From the IMG/VR virus record IMGVR_UViG_3300007754_000002: a stretch of 64,000 nucleotides of DNA, one strand, 5' to 3'. Below the pieces are notes generated by a model. That model ran no database searches, had not been told where the DNA came from, and was given only the letters and a program-made list of their open reading frames with translations. Position numbers and translations under genes: made by a program. The DNA is from an uncultured virus (IMG/VR IMGVR_UViG_3300007754_000002). Lineage: Duplodnaviria > Heunggongvirae > Uroviricota > Caudoviricetes. Below are positions 47,491-55,712 of the stretch, piece after piece. How positions within the stretch are numbered: the first letter of the stretch is position 1; each line of letters opens with the position of its first letter.

Positions 47491-48114
47491 ATGCAAGCTC
47501 GATCCATCTTCGTGGAGCCCTATGAGGGTGAAGCGCGCGGCTACTTCAGTGCGATCGTCGGCTCGGAGGGGGGTGAGATCGACACCGACTACCCCTACCT
47601 GGACGATGGTGGAACCATCTGGTTGTCTCCGGAGTTTGAGCGAGCCATCAACCCGATGGAAAAGGCCGGCGTCGTCGCGGCGGTCAAGATCATGGCGAAG
47701 CTGGGGGCGGACATTCCTTCGGAGACGGCTTCGCTCATGGATGAGCCGCTCTGGCTCCAGAAGATGCCCGCCGTCCCGCTCATCAGCGGAGTCCCGATCA
47801 TCGCCTCCATTGGCCCCCGGCGACAGGTGAGGGCTACCTGGACCGAAGACGGTCCCGCGGGACAGAGGCCCGTGTACAAGTGCTTCATCAGCGGCGACAA
47901 GTGGCGAATTGATCTGGAGCACCCGCTGGGATTCGCTTACGCCATCCAGGTGATCGGGAATCGGATCCGGAAGATCAAGGAAGAAGCTACCGACGCCTGG
48001 GAGCTGCTGGGATTGCACCAGTGGGGAATCCTGGCTCAGAAGGCGATCCTCGGCAGTGAGGTCACTGATGAGGAGCGAGAGCGAGTCGCGGACTTCCTGA
48101 ACGCGAACTCTTAA
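47491..48114 (+). CDS. Hypothetical protein
   Basis: SD GGAGG before ATG 47491. Confidence 0.65.
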   Translation: MQARSIFVEPYEGEARGYFSAIVGSEGGEIDTDYPYLDDGGTIWLSPEFERAINPMEKAGVVAAVKIMAKLGADIPSETASLMDEPLWLQKMPAVPLISGVPIIASIGPRRQVRATWTEDGPAGQRPVYKCFISGDKWRIDLEHPLGFAYAIQVIGNRIRKIKEEATDAWELLGLHQWGILAQKAILGSEVTDEERERVADFLNANS

Positions 48115-48164
48115 TATTCTGTCTATGCCTCTCGGTTGACCGAGAACCCCTATAGAGGATTCCC

Positions 48165-48821
48165 ATGAGCCTCCGTGAACAGACTCTTCGCCTCGCTGCC
48201 TCTCTCCCCGCCGGTTCAGAAAGTCGCGGGAAGCTTATCCGGAGACTCACCGCAAGGGTGGAGCCTTCCGGGCAAGGCTGGAAGTACGACGGCTACTGGT
48301 CTGATCTCCCGCAGCTTGGATTGGCGGTGCTTCAGGCTTTGGGGAACCCGGCGTCCGTAGCTCCCTCCTACGCGGAGGGAGACGCGATGTTCACGGTCAA
48401 AATCGTGGGGGACGAGGCTGAGATTCGCTTCACGAATGGTGGGGGACCCACCTACTACTGGAACCGCCACGCCAATCTGGTCCAGGCCCACAAAGGCTGG
48501 AGTGTCTTCCACGCGACCGGCTACGACCTGAAGGAACGAGGTGTGGTCAAGAAGTGGCTGAAGGAGCAGTTCTCAGGGGGGAAGCAGGATGGGTCGGAGA
48601 CCGACGCCAATGAGGTCTATGTTATCAACCCCCGCCCCAAGAGCGGCGGAACTCCGGGCCTGATTGGTTTGTCCTTCGACAAGCCCTCCGTCAAGGTCCC
48701 CCTGAACGCCCTCTACGATTTCATGTCGCCCCAGGCGGTCAAGATCGGGGACTCCGTGGTCGGGAGCATGATACTCCCGATCGGTCACGCGGCATCACCC
48801 GACGACCTGAGCCGCCTCTAA
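48165..48821 (+). CDS. Hypothetical protein with an N-terminal LRLAA...LIRRLTA helix
   Basis: SD GAGG; 218 aa. Confidence 0.65.
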   Translation: MSLREQTLRLAASLPAGSESRGKLIRRLTARVEPSGQGWKYDGYWSDLPQLGLAVLQALGNPASVAPSYAEGDAMFTVKIVGDEAEIRFTNGGGPTYYWNRHANLVQAHKGWSVFHATGYDLKERGVVKKWLKEQFSGGKQDGSETDANEVYVINPRPKSGGTPGLIGLSFDKPSVKVPLNALYDFMSPQAVKIGDSVVGSMILPIGHAASPDDLSRL

Positions 48822-49057
48822 GGGCTCCGCAACGGGGGGAGAGTCCGGGCGGCCTCAAAAGCCTCAGGGAACCAATGGGTCGTCCACCTGACCCGCTTGT
48901 TGGTCGAGACGGCTCCGTGGGTGAGCACATAGCAGTGGTCGTCCACGACGATGTGAGCCTTGGTCCCGTGGTCGTTGACCAGGGTGATCAGGGGCTCTAT
49001 CTCAGACCCATTCTCCAGAGTAGCGACAGGGTCCGGGTGAAGCTGGCGGGTGTACAT
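48818..49057 (-). CDS. Hypothetical protein
   Basis: ORF. Confidence 0.4.
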   Translation of the reverse strand: MYTRQLHPDPVATLENGSEIEPLITLVNDHGTKAHIVVDDHCYVLTHGAVSTNKRVRWTTHWFPEAFEAARTLPPLRSP

Positions 49058-49066
49058 AGTCGTGCT

Positions 49067-49426
49067 CTATTCCTTTGGGGACGAGAGTAGATCGAAAATC
49101 GAGTCTTCCGGAAGTTCACCCGGCTCAAGAACGACAGTGCCAGAAGCCGCCTCCCTCACCAACCTCTCGATCTCTTCGATCCAAGAGGGCGGATAGACTC
49201 CCTTCAGGTGGGTCCCGTGTCCAAAACGCTTAGGGAGGTAAGCAAAGGGGGCTGACCTGAGACCCGTGTGTCTCTTCCAAAGGGCCGCGAGCTTGATCCC
49301 GACCCATTGTGCTTCCGGCACCGTCAGGGGCCTCCCCAGGAACTTCTCTCCCTCAGTGCAGTGGTCGATCCATTCTCGATCGACCACGTTCAGAGCCCAG
49401 ATGATATTTCTGTCCACGGGCTTCAT
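49067..49426 (-). CDS. Hypothetical protein
   Basis: SD AGGAGG. Confidence 0.55.
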   Translation of the reverse strand: MKPVDRNIIWALNVVDREWIDHCTEGEKFLGRPLTVPEAQWVGIKLAALWKRHTGLRSAPFAYLPKRFGHGTHLKGVYPPSWIEEIERLVREAASGTVVLEPGELPEDSIFDLLSSPKE

Positions 49427-49452
49427 GAGTCAGCCTCCTAACCCTTATACGC

Positions 49453-49848
49453 TTATCGTGCGATGGGTGGGGGCTTCGGGGGCCCACTTACCCTCGGGTC
49501 CTGAGTCCCCAGGCCCCGACACCAGGGAGAATCTGACGGCTTCCATTGGAGGCGTCGGGTCCCTCTCAACTTCTTGAGAGCCCGCTCCGCTCGAAAGCCC
49601 TCCGAGCGATTGGCATAGGGACCATAGATCGCCATCAGCCGCCAAGGCCGATGCTTTGCGGTGTATCGGCCGCCGTTTTTCAGGGCTCCATTATGTTGCC
49701 GGAGCCGGCGAAGAGGGTCCGTCGAGCTACCCACGTAAAAGAAACCAGGGAGGGCTCTTCCGGTCTTAGCCGACCGGCGAGGGACCTGACTTTGGATGAC
49801 GTAGACCCACCATTCCCGGGAACTACTCAACGGGTTCCATCTGGGCAA
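49453..49848 (-). CDS. GIY-YIG nuclease (SLX1-like)
   Basis: WVYVI...FYVGSSTDPLRRLRQHNG...GGRYT..HRPW...E. Confidence 0.85.
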   Translation of the reverse strand: MPRWNPLSSSREWWVYVIQSQVPRRSAKTGRALPGFFYVGSSTDPLRRLRQHNGALKNGGRYTAKHRPWRLMAIYGPYANRSEGFRAERALKKLRGTRRLQWKPSDSPWCRGLGTQDPRVSGPPKPPPIAR

Positions 49849-50128
49849 GAGGGCTGTCGTAGCATCCGAAGCCCGTACCGGCTCCCCAATTCACCGTCGG
49901 GACGTCGTCGTCCCCGAAGTAGCCCTCAATCACGCCCACGTCCCCCACCTTAGCGTGTTGGGTAATCTTCCGGTCAGAAGCCTCATCGTGGATATCAACC
50001 AGGGCACGGACACGAGTGCCTGGAGGCATGGTGTACCTTTCAGGCAGATGTTCGACGAGACCCGGCTTTCTTGACGAGTAGGTCCCCGGGGGGCAGCAAC
50101 CGCAGCCGCAATAACTCAACAGTCTCAT
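49823..50128 (-). CDS. Hypothetical protein
   Basis: SH3-like GTRVRAL...GDVGVI. Confidence 0.45.
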   Translation of the reverse strand: MRLLSYCGCGCCPPGTYSSRKPGLVEHLPERYTMPPGTRVRALVDIHDEASDRKITQHAKVGDVGVIEGYFGDDDVPTVNWGAGTGFGCYDSPLAQMEPVE

Positions 50129-50161
50129 AGTGAGAGTATACCCGACTGCCGAGTAAGGGCT

Positions 50162-50635
50162 CTAGGCTTCCAACTGAGGTGGAGACTGAATCCAGTTTTG
50201 GATGTAGGCACGCAACGTCACGCTAGTCAGCTTCCGATCCGGGAAAGAACGAGGAGTGGACCCAATACCCCCAAGACTTTCGATCTCTCTCCCCATCGAA
50301 ATCAAGGCGTAGGCTTCTCTCTCATCGTAGAAGGCCAAGAGGCTCTCATCAGCCCCCTCTGCAACCGCCGCCTCAATCTCCATGAGAGCCGCTCCCATTC
50401 GGGGGACGACTCCAGCCGCCGACTTGAAACTTTGGAGAGCCCGCGCTGCCGTGGCCGGCTTTCCCTTGTATGTCCCGTGGTGCCGCTCATAGGTCTTCGC
50501 GGCGCTCTCCATCTGACGGAGAGCCCGAGGGAGATCCCGTTGCAAGAGTAGAAGACTTCTCTGAAGAGACCTGGAAGAGACTCTCTGAAGATACCTCGCT
50601 GCGACTCTTCTAGCGGAGATGCTCGGGGAAGCCAT
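50162..50635 (-). CDS. Hypothetical protein with an N-terminal RVAARYL motif
   Basis: 157-aa ORF. Confidence 0.6.
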   Translation of the reverse strand: MASPSISARRVAARYLQRVSSRSLQRSLLLLQRDLPRALRQMESAAKTYERHHGTYKGKPATAARALQSFKSAAGVVPRMGAALMEIEAAVAEGADESLLAFYDEREAYALISMGREIESLGGIGSTPRSFPDRKLTSVTLRAYIQNWIQSPPQLEA

Positions 50636-50675
50636 GCCCTTGCCTATAAAACTGACACCTTACGGAGAGCATCGG

Positions 50676-51539
50676 CTAAGTACCGATGCTCTCCGAGAGA
50701 GCACTCACCGCGGCCTCCATGTCCTCCTCCGTCATCACCAGCTCCCTGGGGGAGCCCGCAATCCCGGCGTGACCTCCGGCCTCGGGGCCCCAGAGGGCCT
50801 GAACCAGATCCCGACAGGAGACCCCCTCGATCGGATCCGCGAGGGAGACTCGAATGGAGCCGTCCGCCTGCGTCAGGGAGACGATCGCCTTCCCCACCAC
50901 CCCATCAGGGGTGTTGTAGATGTGGTTGCAGAAGGCCCGCCCGGTGACCCGGACGATGATCCCGTCGCTCGTGATCCTCCGGAAGGTGGTCCGGTTGAGG
51001 GCTTCACCCGCCTCCCAAAAAGCACGACCGGCATCCAACAGACTCTCATCCCCAGCCAAGATAAGGCTGAGGGCCTCACCCGCGGCGAGAACCGCCGCCG
51101 TCACGTCCGAGGTCGCATCCCGAGGGAAACGGGGGGTATGGGCCCGATGCCACGCCCAATAAGCGTAGAGGCGGTCCAGGTCCGCCTGGGAAGCCCCGGA
51201 CGATCCCAGCTTGTGAGGCCCCTTGAGGTCCACGTACTCCGCCAGATCCCAGAAGGTCTGGTTCCGCTCGGTGAAGAGGGTAGTATCCCCCAGGGCACGC
51301 AGACAGCCGCCGACCGTGTCCAGGTCGAGGTGGCTGACCAGGATGATCCCATCAGCCGGACAGACCGGAATCCCGTCGTCGTTGCAGGGGGCCGGGTCCA
51401 GCAGCATGTGGGGCTGGTGATGAGCCGCCGTGTAGAGAGAGCCCTCCGCCACCACGGAGCCGTACTCGGCCTCGATGGTGATGTGGGGGTTGAGGGTCTG
51501 GGCGAGGGCAGCGGAAGGGGCGAGGATGATAGTAGGCAT
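50676..51539 (-). CDS. DHH/DHHA1-like phosphoesterase
   Basis: AHH, SHLDLD, C-terminal GGHAGIAGSPR. Confidence 0.55.
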   Translation of the reverse strand: MPTIILAPSAALAQTLNPHITIEAEYGSVVAEGSLYTAAHHQPHMLLDPAPCNDDGIPVCPADGIILVSHLDLDTVGGCLRALGDTTLFTERNQTFWDLAEYVDLKGPHKLGSSGASQADLDRLYAYWAWHRAHTPRFPRDATSDVTAAVLAAGEALSLILAGDESLLDAGRAFWEAGEALNRTTFRRITSDGIIVRVTGRAFCNHIYNTPDGVVGKAIVSLTQADGSIRVSLADPIEGVSCRDLVQALWGPEAGGHAGIAGSPRELVMTEEDMEAAVSALSESIGT

Positions 51540-51593
51540 ATCTCGTCTCGGTTTGGGTGGTCTCAGCCGTTCACCCAAGAAGACGCGAGCCCC

Positions 51594-51905
51594 TCACTCC
51601 TGCGGACAGTCTCCCCTCAAAAAAAGCATCACCTCCTGATCCGGCAACCCGATCAAGGCAGGTGAGGGGCTGTATTCCCAGCACCCGTCTGCGATGGTCT
51701 CCGTCGGCATCACCTTCACGGCGAAACCGGAATTTTCCAGCTCTCCAAAGGGGATCGGGGGGACCAGCACATCGGGTAAACGCGAGCACTGACGCTGGAG
51801 GAACTTCGCGACCCGAAGGTGGTCGCAGTTCCAGCAGGTTTTATGACCCTCGTAAGCAAACCGAACCCACCGGTTCGGTTGTCGCCAGGGGCTATCCGTG
51901 CTCAT
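51594..51905 (-). CDS. Cys-rich hypothetical protein
   Basis: CWNCDH...C...C. Confidence 0.45.
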   Translation of the reverse strand: MSTDSPWRQPNRWVRFAYEGHKTCWNCDHLRVAKFLQRQCSRLPDVLVPPIPFGELENSGFAVKVMPTETIADGCWEYSPSPALIGLPDQEVMLFLRGDCPQE

Positions 51906-52260
51906 CCAGCCGCCGCTGAGCTTCCGCGAGGGCTCCTTGAAGCTCAGACAAGGTGAAGGCATCTGCCATCCAACTCGGGTCAGCCCGGTACTCTCGGAAA
52001 TCCTTGACGGTCCCCATCGCGATAAACAGCCGATCAAACATGTGGAGGTTGATCAGGAGGTCGTCGATGGTCAGCTTGTCCGGGTCGCGCATCCCTTTGC
52101 TGGCGATGTTGCTGCATAGCAGCCCCCGGAATGCGTGGACCAGCCTCTCTTCTCGCTTCTTCCTGGGCAGGAGAGGGGACCCATCCGCGGTGGGGAGTCG
52201 CCTATAGGGCTGGTCTTCCCCCAGGAGGGACTTCAGCTCTTCCAAGGTTGCCATATTCAC
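51892..52260 (-). CDS. Hypothetical protein
   Basis: GTGA overlap with the MazG-like gene. Confidence 0.55.
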   Translation of the reverse strand: MNMATLEELKSLLGEDQPYRRLPTADGSPLLPRKKREERLVHAFRGLLCSNIASKGMRDPDKLTIDDLLINLHMFDRLFIAMGTVKDFREYRADPSWMADAFTLSELQGALAEAQRRLDEHG

Positions 52261-52769
52261 ACCCTTCGGTGGATGGAGTCCTGAGTGGAAAAGCCATCCG
52301 GATACCTCGCCTTGAGCTTGGCGATGTTCGCCTCGCAGACGTTCTCCAGGGTGATCCCATAGTCGCGGGCGAGGTCATGCACCGTCTCCACGACATTCTT
52401 CAAACTGGAGACCAGACGGGGGCGGTCCAGGTCATGCCCGTGACCGATCACCTTCTTCAGGTAGTCTGAGGTGTCCCCCGCCGCGATCACCAGCGTCGTC
52501 TTCGACACCTCCTGCTCTGAGAGCTTCCGACCCTGGGCCCGGTCTGCTCGCGGGGCGACCTGACCGAGGCGAAGATCGAAGAGGGTACACAGGCCAGCGG
52601 CGTACCACATCACGTCCCCCAGCTCCTTGAGCAGCTTCCCCGGGGAAGCGTCCAGCACCTCCGTCGCCTCGCAGACCAGCCCCAGGGCAAAGGTCGCTCG
52701 CTGGATCGCGGGGCTCACGTCCATGTTGGCGGTCCTGGCGGCGAGGCGTTGGTACTCGTTGAGCGTCAT
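52257..52769 (-). CDS. MazG-like NTP pyrophosphohydrolase (duplicated fold)
   Basis: LNEYQ..A.RT, ELGDVMWY, NIAKLKARYPDGF. Confidence 0.82.
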   Translation of the reverse strand: MTLNEYQRLAARTANMDVSPAIQRATFALGLVCEATEVLDASPGKLLKELGDVMWYAAGLCTLFDLRLGQVAPRADRAQGRKLSEQEVSKTTLVIAAGDTSDYLKKVIGHGHDLDRPRLVSSLKNVVETVHDLARDYGITLENVCEANIAKLKARYPDGFSTQDSIHRRV

Positions 52770-53086
52770 GGGGCTTCCTCAAAATCGAATCGAGGGACGA
52801 TATTCGACCCTACCGGCGGGGCAAAAGGGAACGCTACAAGGCAGCAGTTTCGCCCCTGACGGGCGAATAGCACATACCCCGGCGGGTGCCCGTGTTCACC
52901 CTGAAAGTCCGTCAGGAGAGCCTTGAGACGATCCCGGAGCATCTCCTGGGGAGGCTCCGGGAGTAGCATCAGGGTCTCCGTCTCTTCGACTTCCCGAGAG
53001 TGCTCCGGAGTGTACACGAAGCTGGAGTCAGCTACGTTGACCCGGTGGAGGTCTCCTGCTGTGACTTCGTGATAGACCCGGAGCAT
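52766..53086 (-). CDS. Hypothetical protein
   Basis: Coupled overlaps with neighbours. Confidence 0.5.
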   Translation of the reverse strand: MLRVYHEVTAGDLHRVNVADSSFVYTPEHSREVEETETLMLLPEPPQEMLRDRLKALLTDFQGEHGHPPGYVLFARQGRNCCLVAFPFAPPVGSNIVPRFDFEEAP

Positions 53087-53415
53087 CAGACCTCTCGCAG
53101 AACAGGTTGAGCGGGGATTGGTTCCGCTTCTACAGGGGGCACTCTCTTGATGACCAGACCCAGGAGATCCCCGTTCCCGACCTGAATCAGCACCGCATCC
53201 AGATCCGGATAGGTCTGCTCCCAGCAGTCTATCATCGCCAGGATAATAGACTCTCGATCGGGGCCCGGATCATGGAGGGGGACCCGTATCTTCCGGGGGA
53301 AGTCTACGGCGAGGATTTGACTGTCCCCAACCCAGACGAACGCCGCCGTATCTAAGGAAGACCGGTCCAGAAAGACGTGGTCCCCGGTGGTGGTCAGCGT
53401 GTAGCGGAGAATCAT
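53086..53415 (-). CDS. Hypothetical protein
   Basis: Coupled overlaps with neighbours. Confidence 0.5.
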   Translation of the reverse strand: MILRYTLTTTGDHVFLDRSSLDTAAFVWVGDSQILAVDFPRKIRVPLHDPGPDRESIILAMIDCWEQTYPDLDAVLIQVGNGDLLGLVIKRVPPVEAEPIPAQPVLREV

Positions 53416-54476
53416 AGACAGGTCGTGGTGAGGATCACCGCGGAGACCTCGTAGGGATCCGCGTTCGCGTTGGGGCGGCGGTCTTCAAGGTAGCCGCAGC
53501 CGTCTTCAGCGACCATCAGAGGGATCCGAATAGACGCCGTCCTGTCCGCCACGCCCCAGCGGAATTCGTCGTAGCGACAGGTCTCGTGGCTACCCGTAAG
53601 CCGCAACTGGTAGCCGTTGCCGTAGACGGCGAGGTGCTCGTCGATCCGCTGTCCGATCTTCTTGCAGGCGATCTGGATGGCTTCCATCCCGACGATCTCA
53701 TCGTCCTCGTGCTCGGGCTCGGTCATCCTCATCTCTGCCGTGGAGAAATTGGTATGGAGCCCGGCCCCATTCCAATCCCCCGGTGCGGGCTTGGCGTCCA
53801 GGGTCGCGGTGATTCCGAAGCCCTCGCCCAGCCGGTAGAGGAGCCAGCGAGCCAGCCAGAGATGATCGGACGCCTTCAGGGGATCGATCATGGGGCCGCC
53901 ACACTGGAATTCCCACTGCCCCGGCATGACCTCTGCGTTGATGCCCGTGAGGCACAAGTCTGCCTTCAGGCAGGCGTCCAGGTGCTTCTCTACCAGCTCC
54001 CGCCCATCGACCTCGTCGGCACCGACGCCGCAGTAGTAGGGCCCCTGAGCGGGGGGATGGCGGCGTCGATCGTCGAAACCAAGGGGGCGGCTCCCCAGGA
54101 ACAGGGTGTACTCCTGCTCAAAGGCGATCCAGGGGTAGTGACCGGCTGCCCCTGCATCCAGGGCAGCCCGCAGACCCGCTCGGGTGTTGGTCGGGTGCGG
54201 CTTCTCACAAGCGAGGTCAAGGAAGACTTCGCAGAGAACCAGAAAGGCCCCCTGACCGCGGACCGGATCGGAGACGAAGCACACCGGCTTCAGAATGCAG
54301 TCGGAGGCAGCCCCTTCAGCCTGTGAAGTGCTGGAGCCATCGTAAGACCAGACAGGGAAGTCTTCCGGATCCGTTGGGTTGAAATCTCCGCGGAGAATCT
54401 TGGTCTTGGACCGAAGCTTCGCTGTGGGCTTGGTTCCATCAGTCCAGATGTAGGTCGCCAGAGTGGACTTGCTCAT
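53412..54476 (-). CDS. glnII: Glutamine synthetase type II
   Basis: LRSKTK, WSYDGSST, QGPYYCGVG, NAEVMPGQWEFQ, DWNGAGLHTNFST, EDRRPNANADPY. Confidence 0.95.
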   Translation of the reverse strand: MSKSTLATYIWTDGTKPTAKLRSKTKILRGDFNPTDPEDFPVWSYDGSSTSQAEGAASDCILKPVCFVSDPVRGQGAFLVLCEVFLDLACEKPHPTNTRAGLRAALDAGAAGHYPWIAFEQEYTLFLGSRPLGFDDRRRHPPAQGPYYCGVGADEVDGRELVEKHLDACLKADLCLTGINAEVMPGQWEFQCGGPMIDPLKASDHLWLARWLLYRLGEGFGITATLDAKPAPGDWNGAGLHTNFSTAEMRMTEPEHEDDEIVGMEAIQIACKKIGQRIDEHLAVYGNGYQLRLTGSHETCRYDEFRWGVADRTASIRIPLMVAEDGCGYLEDRRPNANADPYEVSAVILTTTCL

Positions 54477-54532
54477 GTGGGATCTCCTTGACGGGGTTGC
54501 AGTCGCGGCAACCCTACCCAGGGAATCCTCCC

Positions 54533-54856
54533 TTAAACGTCTGCTTGCTCCCCCAGCTCACCCACCTGTTTTAACAGCCAACGGTGAAGGGCTTGGTTCT
54601 CCCGAAGCGGCCCGCCGAAGGTGGGGAGAAACTCTCCCAACCCGATCGTCTCAGGGAGAACTACGCCTGTACCCTCAACCGGAAGCACTCTCCCTGAAGA
54701 GGCTTGGTCCCGGTGGTACTCCAACCACACGGCCCGGGGATATCTCCGCAATCCCAAAAACCCCCCGCGTCCGTTGTAGACAGCGAGAGAGCCGGTAAAC
54801 ACCCCGACCTCTATCCTATAGAGGAGCCTTGTCTGGAGATCAGCGAGCGGTATCAT
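54533..54856 (-). CDS. Hypothetical protein
   Basis: ORF. Confidence 0.45.
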   Translation of the reverse strand: MIPLADLQTRLLYRIEVGVFTGSLAVYNGRGGFLGLRRYPRAVWLEYHRDQASSGRVLPVEGTGVVLPETIGLGEFLPTFGGPLRENQALHRWLLKQVGELGEQADV

Positions 54857-54884
54857 CCCTCAGGGAGTTTACCGCCAAAGTCGC

Positions 54885-55616
54885 TCAGGGAACCGGGTCG
54901 GTGTAGCGGATTCCGAAGCTCGGGCTGATTTCCTTGTCCACCGAGTAGCCCTGCTCTACGAGCGTGGTGTCAGGAGTCGTCCCGATGAAGATGCAGTCCC
55001 CGGCCCGACACGCGGCGATCTTGTGACCTGCCTTGTAGGCGAGGTAGAAGCCGATATCGTCGTCGTAAAGCGGGAGACCCTGATAGTCCGTAGGAACGTG
55101 CTGGCCGACCCACGTCACGTAGGCTTCATGGAGAGCCTGCTCCGGGCGAGCAACTCCGAAATGGTAGAGGTGCAGGAAAGCCACCGCCGCCGCTTGCTTC
55201 TGAAGGATGGTCTTGAAGGTGGTGTCCTCCGTGTAACCGCCCTCAGTGCAGTCAGACGCCGACGCCAGCAGAAGCCAGAACCTCTCCTGGCGTCGAAGCA
55301 GGGGCTCGGAAGGATCTGCCTGATCGACACCGACTCGGAAGCCCGTACTCCCGTCTGCGAAGAAGATCCCGGGGCCCATCCAGTGTGCCCTCTCGATCGC
55401 GTCGCGACCCTCGGCTTCCGAGAGACAGAACCGAGCACACAGGCGTCGGAAGGGAGCGGGGCAGACTTCCATCAGATAGAGCGGATCGGGTCCCTGCACC
55501 AGGGCACGGACCAGCAGCGTGCAATCCCGCTCAGCGTCCGCGTCCCCCTCCATGAGAGCCCTGGCAACCAGCCGGGGAAGCAGACGACTTCGGAGGGCCT
55601 GTTGATCCTTGTGCAT
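54885..55616 (-). CDS. Hypothetical protein
   Basis: SD GGAG; promoter motif at 55639-55661. Confidence 0.6.
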   Translation of the reverse strand: MHKDQQALRSRLLPRLVARALMEGDADAERDCTLLVRALVQGPDPLYLMEVCPAPFRRLCARFCLSEAEGRDAIERAHWMGPGIFFADGSTGFRVGVDQADPSEPLLRRQERFWLLLASASDCTEGGYTEDTTFKTILQKQAAAVAFLHLYHFGVARPEQALHEAYVTWVGQHVPTDYQGLPLYDDDIGFYLAYKAGHKIAACRAGDCIFIGTTPDTTLVEQGYSVDKEISPSFGIRYTDPVP

Positions 55617-55712
55617 GGAGACTCCCTGATGGGAGGATATACGACCAAGACGGGAAACTTTGCTCTTAATATCTCTCCTATCCGACCGGGAGGATGAATC
55701 GGGAGCAAGAAC

